Source: Ignicoccus islandicus DSM 13165 (GTDB lineage: Archaea; Thermoproteota; Thermoprotei_A; Sulfolobales; Ignicoccaceae). Taken from it: a stretch of DNA of 32,000 bases. The notes below the pieces were generated by a model that was given only the letters and a program-made list of their open reading frames with translations, made no database searches and was not told the origin of the DNA. The stretch spans positions 1,170,001-1,202,000 of the forward strand of contig NZ_CP006867.1 in NCBI RefSeq assembly GCF_001481685.1, read 5' to 3'. Both the position numbers and the translations under genes were made by a program. Positions 21,101-27,597 of this stretch are shown piece after piece (within the stretch, counting starts at the first letter, position 1; every line of letters begins with the position of its first letter).

Positions 21101-21524
21101 TATATTCATAGGAGTTGTATTCTATCAGAGGCTCTACCACATGGTTGCTGACAAACTTCACGCCAGAGCCAGAGGACCGGTCCAGATACTTACTAGACAA
21201 CCAACTGAGGGTAGAATGCGTAAAGGAGGTCTAAGGTTCGGTGAAATGGAAAGAGACGTTCTAGTTGCACACGGCGTAGCCGAGCTCTTGCTTGAGAGAC
21301 TCTTAAAGAGCAGCGACTTAACTAAGGTATGGGTTTGCGCCAAGTGTGGTCACATAGGCTGGTGGGACGCCTTCAAGGGTAGACCGGTGTGCCCAATACA
21401 CGGTGAGGAAGGGGACATGTATCAAGTTGAAATGAGCTACGCCTTCAAACTGCTATTGCAAGAGATAATGAGCTTAGTTATAATGCCGCGTTTGAGACTA
21501 GGAGATAAGTTCTCGAAGATATAA
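18126..21524 (+). CDS. rpoB: DNA-directed RNA polymerase subunit B (Rpo2), unsplit
   Basis: 1132 aa with conserved blocks GDKFASRHGQKG, GLRFGEMERD and PFYKEP..., a C-terminal zinc ribbon CAKCGH...CPIHG, and YAFKLLLQEIMSL. Confidence 0.97.
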   Translation: MSSQEAREFPTPEDRWIVMNSYFKERGLTQQQLQSYNKFVTETLQQLIDEIGEVELLEGYKLVFGKVRYGKPIVKEPDGVNEEVTPMECRIRDLTYSVPIYLQVKLIKPNYEEIEEEVEIGQMPIMLRSVIDPLSKLSPEELIERGEDPRDPGGYFIIDGSEKVIVTQEDLALNQVLVDKGGPQTTVTHTAKVLSSTLGYRVQVIVERLKDGNIYVVFPSIPGRIPFVVMMRALGIESDKDIAALVSFDPEIQQELLASLEQAAPFATVEDALDLIGSRIALGLPREKRIERAEQIIDNNFLPHLGNKPEDRLKKAIFIAHMARKLLEVYLEKREPDDKDHYANRRMKLAGDMLASLFRSYLRQMVKDIGYQLERLASKDPRSVHLRMIIRSNYLSEKVRQALATGNWVGGRTGVSQLLDRTNWLSTLSHLRRVVSPLSRTQPHYEARELHMTQWGRICPFETPEGPNIGLVKNLALSAYISVGVPEEDVEEVLKELGMVPIDQVIELIRNDQPIPDEVINGARVYLNGRPVGYYPDPHELASKLRSLRRQGKLHYEVSVGVYENDDGSIREVYVNTDSGRLMRPVFVVENGQLKLKPEHIEKLKKGEWTFTDLLTRGIVELLDAEEEENAYIALDPKDLTPEHTHMEIWTPAILGVAASTIPYLEHNQSPRNSYQSAMAKQALGLYTANFMMRTDTRGYYLHYPERPLVQTKHMDLIGYNDRPAGQNVVAAIMSYTGYNIEDAVILNKSSVERGLLRATFFRLYQTEEQKYPGGQEDRIEIPDPTKKIRGYRGPDAYRKLDSDGIVQPETYVVGGEVLIGKTSPPKFSEEYKELGVAELGRRDTSVVVRHGEEGIVDTVVITQNIDGIKMVKIKVRDLRIPEIGDKFASRHGQKGVASILIPQYDMPYSEFGIVPDMILNPHAFPSRMTLGQLIESIAAKAASFRGREVDATPFYKEPIDELRKVLVERGLPPDGSEVMFDGRTGEMVRRPIFIGVVFYQRLYHMVADKLHARARGPVQILTRQPTEGRMRKGGLRFGEMERDVLVAHGVAELLLERLLKSSDLTKVWVCAKCGHIGWWDAFKGRPVCPIHGEEGDMYQVEMSYAFKLLLQEIMSLVIMPRLRLGDKFSKI

Positions 21525-21528
21525 GGTG
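21525..21528 (+). promoter_or_regulatory. Shine-Dalgarno-like GGTG for the gene after rpoB
   Basis: The sequence reads taaGGTGttttcATG: GGTG immediately follows the rpoB stop (21522-21524) and lies 5 nt upstream of the ATG at 21534. No TATA-like box fits in the 9-nt gap, which implies co-transcription with rpoB. Confidence 0.4.
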
Positions 21529-21533
21529 TTTTC

Positions 21534-22097
21534 ATGAAGAGAGTCTTAATTGTAGGTGCAGGCGCACTGGGGAGCTGGACGGCCGAAATACTCTCCAGAA
21601 AGGGTCCATTTTCTTTCTATATTGTTGATCCCGATAGAGTGGAGGAAAGTAATCTAGATAGGCAACTCTTCTACCCGCAAGACGTGGGAAAATACAAGGC
21701 TGAAGTTCTAGCACAAAGAATTACCCTTATGGGAAACGACGCGCAAGCAATAATTTCAAGGATAGAGGATGTTGAAGGAATAAGCGCTGACATAGCATTG
21801 GCCTTAACTGATAACATCCCTAGTAGGATATTCGTAGAAGAAAGGTATTTTCCTACTATACACGGTATGGTGAGACCCGAAGTAGGCATGGTCTTGATGA
21901 CTACAAACGAAGTAAAGCTCTCCAATCTAATGACGGAAGGTAAACACACGGGCGCTCAAGACGTTTCCATGGTTGTATCGGTAGCCTCATTGGTCGCGAG
22001 GCTAGCTCTAGATTACTTAATTAGAGGCGATACGTCCAACGCGGGGAAGTTATTTCTCTTATCTAGATATTCACTCGAAGTCTTGGATCTTGAGTGA
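21534..22097 (+). CDS. Minimal ThiF/MoeB-family (E1-like) adenylation domain protein
   Basis: 187 aa with VLIVGAGALGSWTAEIL (GxGxxG), VDPDRVEESNLDRQ (the DxDxVxxSNLxRQ motif), GKYKAEV and ALTDNIPSR. It has no CxxC zinc pairs and no C-terminal domain. Confidence 0.8.
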   Translation: MKRVLIVGAGALGSWTAEILSRKGPFSFYIVDPDRVEESNLDRQLFYPQDVGKYKAEVLAQRITLMGNDAQAIISRIEDVEGISADIALALTDNIPSRIFVEERYFPTIHGMVRPEVGMVLMTTNEVKLSNLMTEGKHTGAQDVSMVVSVASLVARLALDYLIRGDTSNAGKLFLLSRYSLEVLDLE

Positions 22098-22110
22098 TAA
22101 ATGGTTTACA

Positions 22111-22120
22111 CTTATATAAA
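22111..22120 (+). promoter_or_regulatory. TATA box candidate for the multi-wHTH gene
   Basis: cttatataaa at 22111-22120 overlaps the first ATG of the track ORF (22120). It lies about 30 nt upstream of the second ATG at 22150, which favours 22150 as the true start (leaderless or short leader). Confidence 0.45.
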
Positions 22121-22149
22121 TGCTTTATTTTTCAGCATGGAGATTAGAA

Positions 22150-23937
22150 ATGCTACTAAAAAGAGAATATTTGGAAATGTTAGAGGAAGTGGGAGACAAG
22201 GAACTAGATATTAACGAGTTCGTAAAGGGCGAATACGAAGAAAGGGAAAGGTTAATAAAGAATCTGTTGGCCTTAGAGCTCCAAGACTTGATTCGCCCGA
22301 AGGATGCGAGGAATCCAAGGATTTTCGTCCTAACCGAACACGGTAAGAAAGTTCTAGATATATGGAAAAGGTTAGGGAAGCCTCAAGTTGAGAGGTGGTT
22401 GGACTCTAGGATACACATGATGCTATGGACTTTATGGAAGACTAAAAGCGAGGCACCTAAGGACTGGAAGACGCCGCTATTAGAGAGGAACTTCGTCAAC
22501 GAGGAAGGCAAGTTAAGGGATGAAGCAATAGAGTTGCTAAAGGTGTTTGAACCAGGAATTAGAGCAAGGAAAATCAGGATTACGAGGGACTTGGGCGGAG
22601 TCTTAGCGAGAATAGCACCCGGTCCGGCTACCACTGCAGCTCTTAAGAACCATCCCGAAGACGCCTTAGACTTACTAGAAGCAATGGATGTAATAGTTTA
22701 CAGTGCCCCCGATGGGGGATACTACGCGCTAACTAGGTTAGGAAGGTATTTACGAATGGCTATTAGGGAACTTCGTCCTGTTGCCATGGAGTACATTCTA
22801 GTTAATATGAAAATTATAGAGCTAGTCAAGAAGTTGATCGAAGGAAAGGAGCTTACTGATCAAGAGAAATTCGTCCTAATGAACCTAGGATACATGACCG
22901 TTTCAGAACCAACCAAGGCTGCCAAGTTGCTCTATAAGGCGATAGAGGAATTAGAGAGAGGAAAGTATTGGGAGACCTTCACCATAGGTCTAACTAGAGT
23001 GGATCAATGGGTCATGAAGATGATCGATTACCTTTGGAAGAAAGCGGAAACCAATCCGGAGCTCAAGCCGACCAAGTCATTGATAGTAGATTGGTTCGAG
23101 AGGCACTGGAAAGACATAGGAATGGACGAAGAAACTCGCAAGGAGCTGTTGTTCTCGGACTACACAGTTGGTATATCTCTCTATAGGTTAGAAGCATTGG
23201 AATTAGTCGATAGCTATGAAGAGAAATCGAAGCTCATATACCAATTAACAGACTACGGGAAACAGCTCTTAGAGGTCATCGAAAAAGGGAAGATCGTCGA
23301 AATACCTACTTACGCAATAAGACCTTTAGTGTACGCTGACAGAGGTTTGCCGCCGTTTAGATCATGGATAGAGGAGGCCGCAAAGGAAGGCCTGCTTGGT
23401 CCAGGGGGCATGGGGAGAAAGGGCAGGAAGTTGGCACACTTAGCCAGAGTAGTGAAAAGAAGGCCGCTGCTTACTAGGATGGAATTACTTGTACTCCAAA
23501 AGATGTTACCAAGCGGTCAAGTACAGAAAATAGAAGAGCTAGTGAAGAAGTTCGAAAACCCGGACGAAGCCAGGGCAGCTCTATACTGGCTGGAAATGTG
23601 GGGTGCCGTTAACTTCTACGATAACGATTACGTAGAAATAACTGAAATTGGAGAGAACTTGAAGAAGGCGTTGGTAGCCACGCCTCCCGGAATAGCTACG
23701 CCCGTACACCCACACTTCTTGAGGGTCCTAGAAGTGATAAAGGAGCTCGGAAGTTACGAAGACATTGCTGAGATAGTAAATAGGACTAGGCTTACGTTAG
23801 GTATAGTGAAAGACGCCATAGTAGTGGCTAGGGAAGCGAAGCTACTAGGTAAGAAGGATCTAACTGGCGAAGGCGAACTTCTACTAGAGACGGTAAAGGA
23901 GATACAAGCCCACAGAGAGACTATGGCAGAGGAGTAA
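22150..23937 (+). CDS. Large soluble protein built from repeated winged-helix-like modules, function unknown
   Basis: At least five segments follow the pattern hydrophobic helix, then L-x-x-L/M-G/D-hydrophobic, short beta hairpin, then (L/I)T-x-x-G-x-x-L. Examples are LLALELQDLIRPKDARNPRIFVLTEHGKKVL, LLEAMDVIVYSAPDGGYYALTRLGRYL, LYRLEALELVDSYEEKSKLIYQLTDYGKQLL, LYWLEMWGAVNFYDNDYVEITEIGENL and AREAKLLGKKDLTGEGELLL. No catalytic motifs were seen. Confidence 0.55.
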   Translation: MLLKREYLEMLEEVGDKELDINEFVKGEYEERERLIKNLLALELQDLIRPKDARNPRIFVLTEHGKKVLDIWKRLGKPQVERWLDSRIHMMLWTLWKTKSEAPKDWKTPLLERNFVNEEGKLRDEAIELLKVFEPGIRARKIRITRDLGGVLARIAPGPATTAALKNHPEDALDLLEAMDVIVYSAPDGGYYALTRLGRYLRMAIRELRPVAMEYILVNMKIIELVKKLIEGKELTDQEKFVLMNLGYMTVSEPTKAAKLLYKAIEELERGKYWETFTIGLTRVDQWVMKMIDYLWKKAETNPELKPTKSLIVDWFERHWKDIGMDEETRKELLFSDYTVGISLYRLEALELVDSYEEKSKLIYQLTDYGKQLLEVIEKGKIVEIPTYAIRPLVYADRGLPPFRSWIEEAAKEGLLGPGGMGRKGRKLAHLARVVKRRPLLTRMELLVLQKMLPSGQVQKIEELVKKFENPDEARAALYWLEMWGAVNFYDNDYVEITEIGENLKKALVATPPGIATPVHPHFLRVLEVIKELGSYEDIAEIVNRTRLTLGIVKDAIVVAREAKLLGKKDLTGEGELLLETVKEIQAHRETMAEE

Positions 23938-23997
23938 GGTGAGTCTATAGTAACATTTATAACATATACTACTTTTCCCGAAAGTGAGGTAATTGGG

Positions 23998-25293
23998 ATG
24001 AAGAGGACCGTATTAGCGTTAACTCTACTATCCTTAATAGCGTTCTCCACTATTGCATTAGCGGCAACCCAAGAGAAGTACGGTGGTCCTTCTTGTTCAT
24101 ATATAAAGGAAGCTATCTCCAGGGCCGGTGGCGTTGAAGCAGTAAAGAACGGCTTAGGAACTACTGTTATAAAGATCGGAGCTCTAATACCTATGAGCGG
24201 TGCGCTCGCTTCCTTCGCTAATGAGAAGTATGCAGTGCAACTAGCAGTAAGGGACCTAAACGCGTGCTTCAAGGAACTCAATTTACCCTTCAAGGTAGAA
24301 GCGTACATCGAGGACACTCAAACCACTCCCCAAGTGGCCCTAGAGAAGGCCAGGAAGCTCGTTAACATCAATGGCGTCCACATGATAGTAGGCCCCGCAA
24401 CCAGTGCAGCTGTTGGAACTTTACAAGACATAATAAACAGCGAACTCAAGGTAATACTAATGAGCCACTCGAGCACCTCCCCCTTAGTGAGGTTAAACAA
24501 TGAAGAAGCCATAAAGAAGAACGGTTACAGTTACGTATTCTTTAGCATTAGCAGCGACTTCTTCCAAGCCAAGGCTTTAGCTAGCGTAGTCAAGAGTTTC
24601 GGTTACACTAACGTCGTCTTCTTCTATAGGAACGACGACTACGGTAAGGGCTTCGCCTTAGCCTTCAAGGAGGCCTTTAGCGAATTAGGCGGAACCGCTC
24701 ACTTAGTACCCTACGACCCCAATGCCAGGAGCTACCTAGCTGAGCTAAGGAGCGTATTCAATTACAAGCCACAAGCTATAGTTTGGCTAGCGTTCGATGA
24801 GATAAAGGTCATATTAAGGCAAGCGTTAACTCTAGGTCTACAGAAGTATCCTTGGTTCTTCACTGAAGCCGTTAAGGGTCCAGCACTGATATCCGATCCT
24901 GTTGTCGCTAAGGTTCTAGCTCTAAAGAACGTTCTGGGAACCGCTCCTTACACTAGCGGTAACTTCATTGAGTACTATAAGAGCGTCTACGGTAACGATC
25001 CGGTTGAGTTCAGCGATACTCTCTACGATGCAGTATGGTTAGTAACCCTAGGTGCCTTAAGAGCCGCTAGCTTCAACCCCAACCTAATGGAACACGCTAT
25101 AATAGAGATGAGCTACATTTACAAGGGCTTCAGCGGAGACAAGTCAATGAATGCAATATATCAAGAGCCCTTGACCACCAGCTACAGCGTATGGACCGTA
25201 AAGCTGGTTGACGGTAAGCCCGTCTTCGAGGACGTAGGCTTCTGGTCGCCTTCGGAAGGTCTCAAGTTAACCGTCAAGTTAACTCCCAAGTAA
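23998..25293 (+). CDS. Branched-chain amino acid (LivJ/LivK-type, type I periplasmic) ABC substrate-binding protein, orphan
   Basis: Has the signal peptide MKRTVLALTLLSLIAFSTIALAA, then IKIGALIPMSGALASFANEKYAVQLAVRDLN and MIVGPATSAAVG, typical of the Leu/Ile/Val-binding family. An SD-like GTGAGGT lies upstream of the ATG. Confidence 0.75.
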   Translation: MKRTVLALTLLSLIAFSTIALAATQEKYGGPSCSYIKEAISRAGGVEAVKNGLGTTVIKIGALIPMSGALASFANEKYAVQLAVRDLNACFKELNLPFKVEAYIEDTQTTPQVALEKARKLVNINGVHMIVGPATSAAVGTLQDIINSELKVILMSHSSTSPLVRLNNEEAIKKNGYSYVFFSISSDFFQAKALASVVKSFGYTNVVFFYRNDDYGKGFALAFKEAFSELGGTAHLVPYDPNARSYLAELRSVFNYKPQAIVWLAFDEIKVILRQALTLGLQKYPWFFTEAVKGPALISDPVVAKVLALKNVLGTAPYTSGNFIEYYKSVYGNDPVEFSDTLYDAVWLVTLGALRAASFNPNLMEHAIIEMSYIYKGFSGDKSMNAIYQEPLTTSYSVWTVKLVDGKPVFEDVGFWSPSEGLKLTVKLTPK

Positions 25294-25295
25294 CT

Positions 25296-26084
25296 TCAGT
25301 AAGTTTTTTCAATTAAGTATTTCAAGAATTCTCTTGATGACTCTAATTTTTTGACTTCGTCTGAGCACAATGGACATCCTTCGTTTGTGACGTCGTTAGC
25401 TGAAATCATTGAATAAGGTGCGTTAACGTTAACGTGAATTTCGCTGGGCCATTCCTTACCATTTAGCAAGAATAGAACTGCTTGGACGCTAATTGCCGCC
25501 ACTACTTCAGCCAAATTAGGATCTGTGTAGTACCTTACCTTTTCATCCCATATTCTCTCACATATCGGACAATAACCTTCCTTCAGTACCTTAACATACC
25601 CCCTATAGCTTCCGATGCCTACGTTCACGAACTTCTTGTTATGCTTTACTGCTAGAGCAAGCAAAACGGCCCTGGGCGCGAGTACGTCGAACGAGGTTAC
25701 CACTATATCTACCTTTTTAACTAGCTCGTTAACATATCCAAAGGACTTATCGCTCCAAAGCCCTGAAGGAGTTGGTACTTCAAGTTCAATACCTATTAGC
25801 TTTGTCCAAGGGTGGAACTGTTGAAGCCTAGACGTAAGGGTCGTTGCTTTGTTAAGGCCAACTTCATCCGTATGGAAACATTGATAACCTACGTTCTCAA
25901 CGCCTACCTCATCGAAGTCTATAACGTATATTTCCTCAAAGTTAAACCTGGCCAAGTTCCGAACTATCCTGGAACCTAAAGTTCCCGCACCACCAACGAG
26001 AACTCTCTTCCCTTCAACGCTTAATCCAGATTCCTTTAAGTAATGTTGAGTCCTTTCGTAGAATCCTCTCGGCCGAGCGTCCAC
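25296..26084 (-). CDS. Minimal E1-like ThiF/MoeB-family adenylyltransferase with a tetracysteine zinc site
   Basis: 262 aa with FYERTQHYL...KRVLVGGAGTLGSRIV (GxGxxG), VIDFDEVGVENVGYQ (a degenerate DxDxVxxSNLxRQ), GLNKA, and TSFDVLAPR (the Mg/ATP Asp...Arg). There are two CxxC pairs, CPIC (res 172-175) and CPLC (res 237-240). It starts at a GTG at 26084 and overlaps the JAB gene by 49 nt. Confidence 0.8.
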   Translation of the reverse strand: MDARPRGFYERTQHYLKESGLSVEGKRVLVGGAGTLGSRIVRNLARFNFEEIYVIDFDEVGVENVGYQCFHTDEVGLNKATTLTSRLQQFHPWTKLIGIELEVPTPSGLWSDKSFGYVNELVKKVDIVVTSFDVLAPRAVLLALAVKHNKKFVNVGIGSYRGYVKVLKEGYCPICERIWDEKVRYYTDPNLAEVVAAISVQAVLFLLNGKEWPSEIHVNVNAPYSMISANDVTNEGCPLCSDEVKKLESSREFLKYLIEKTY

Positions 26085-26869
26085 GTCGTGCCCCTAATTA
26101 CTGCCTTTTCTATATCTAAATTGAAAACTTTCACATCGTATAGGACATTCAAGTGCGGTGAAAGTTTCAAATACTGAAACTCGCTCTCTCCCACATTAAC
26201 GTAATAGGACGCGATGAATATGAAATCCTCTAAAACTATTTCTCCCGTCGTTCCTATCCTAAAAGGAATGCATTTTTTCGAAGGTAGCGTACACTCGCTT
26301 CCGTCTATATCTACGGTGCTTCCGTCGCGATATACCTTAGCGAAGCCCTTCTTCCTAGTACCGATACCAACCACTTTGTTTACGTGCACCTTAAACTTAT
26401 CGTATCCTATCGTCATTTGGGGCACTGGTTCATATATAGCCAAATCTAAGCACAAGGAATTACCGGCATGAGTTGGAGAGACTATTCCAAATACCCTAGG
26501 TCTCCCTGGAACAGTAGCCAGAATTTGAGTTTTCAACGCTAAGGTCATTGTAGCTATGTCTATTGCCGATGGCGATGGGGCTATCCCGCAGTGATAATGA
26601 ACAGTTACTAAGTCTTCCGGCTTGGCGTCCGTGGTTCTTACGCTTACGGGCGTTTTTTCAATTGCTCTCATGGGTCTAGCGTTGGTCACATATATTTCCT
26701 TATCGTTCATAAATCCCATGAAGCTCACTACGTCCTCCGATGCGTCCTTGGATAAGTTGAAGCAATTGTTTTCATTAGCCTTCTTCAGTAGCAATTCGAA
26801 TACCGATGGTACGATCTTTAATCTATGGAGCGTTACCGTCGCAGAGTCCAACGTCCGTGCATAGCGCAT
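26036..26869 (-). CDS. JAB/MPN+ (JAMM) metalloisopeptidase-like protein with an uncharacterised C-terminal domain of about 165 aa
   Basis: Residues 91-104, HYHCGIAPSPSAID, are a perfect H-x-H-x7-S-x2-D JAMM motif (nt 26558-26599). The upstream acidic residue is in SEDVVSFMGF (E45). ATG start at 26869. The C-terminal half is beta-rich with no motif I recognise. Confidence 0.75.
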   Translation of the reverse strand: MRYARTLDSATVTLHRLKIVPSVFELLLKKANENNCFNLSKDASEDVVSFMGFMNDKEIYVTNARPMRAIEKTPVSVRTTDAKPEDLVTVHYHCGIAPSPSAIDIATMTLALKTQILATVPGRPRVFGIVSPTHAGNSLCLDLAIYEPVPQMTIGYDKFKVHVNKVVGIGTRKKGFAKVYRDGSTVDIDGSECTLPSKKCIPFRIGTTGEIVLEDFIFIASYYVNVGESEFQYLKLSPHLNVLYDVKVFNLDIEKAVIRGTTWTLGREDSTKGLNIT

Positions 26870-27578
26870 CCGTCATTACCTCCAGGGGATTTTCTTGTTG
26901 ACTAATATAATCCCAAGACTCCACGTGCATTATGCATGCGTTAACGTTTAACATTTGAGCTATGCGTTCCAGAGAGGTAGAGAGCAACGGTATTTCCTTG
27001 GCTTTCGTTAAGAAATAGTCGCTAGTTAGATTATAGAAGCAGCATTTGTGCCATATCTTCGGAGTTACGTAAATCAATGGTTCGGTCTTTGGATAACCTA
27101 TGCTGGGTAAAACGAAAACTGTGTACGTCGAGTTTTGTGCACAATAGTCCTTCTTCTTACATTTTCTATATGCGTAAATTCCCTTGCCGGGATCTTTTCC
27201 ATCTATGGGAACAAATTGCTTAGTTAGTTTACTGGACGAGAAATAATGAGATCTGAACGTCTCAACTGCGTCCTCTAAGGGATCGTAATCTCGAAAAAAA
27301 GATCCATAAGGTTCTTCAATTGAAGCGTACCAAACGTTTCCGTATTTTTCTATAAGGGATCCCACGCTCTCGGATCTATATGTGACATCTATCTCGGAGC
27401 CGTCAACTCTCTTAACGTAAAGTTTTATTCTCTGAGGGGCGATTCCCAGCCTCTTAGCTAACTTGTCCCTAACCGAGCTAGGTAGTTCTCCGTAATCTAC
27501 CTTCAAGTTGTGTTCCGAGAGCTCGGGCTTTATCAATATCGAGAGTATTAGCTCACCGCTCTTATTATTAGTTGACAT
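26823..27578 (-). CDS. Putative fusion of an N-terminal ubiquitin-like (beta-grasp) domain and a UBC/E2-like core
   Basis: Residues about 8-88 (ELILSILIKP..HNLKVDY..SSVRDKLAKRLGIAPQRIKLYV...SVGSLIEKYGNVWYASIE) follow the ubiquitin secondary-structure and sequence rhythm; compare the ubiquitin GIPPDQQRLIF. Residues about 100-230 have an E2-like layout: helix, beta meander, then TYTVFVLPSIGYPKTEPLIYVTPKIWHKCCF. This resembles F-x-hydrophobic-x-F-P-x-x-YP-x-x-PP-x-hydrophobic-x-F-x-T-x-I-x-HPN...C. The Cys spacing is non-canonical. Operon context with JAB and E1 supports the call. Confidence 0.5.
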   Translation of the reverse strand: MSTNNKSGELILSILIKPELSEHNLKVDYGELPSSVRDKLAKRLGIAPQRIKLYVKRVDGSEIDVTYRSESVGSLIEKYGNVWYASIEEPYGSFFRDYDPLEDAVETFRSHYFSSSKLTKQFVPIDGKDPGKGIYAYRKCKKKDYCAQNSTYTVFVLPSIGYPKTEPLIYVTPKIWHKCCFYNLTSDYFLTKAKEIPLLSTSLERIAQMLNVNACIMHVESWDYISQQENPLEVMTDALCTDVGLCDGNAP

Positions 27579-27597
27579 TTTTACATACCCTTAAAAA

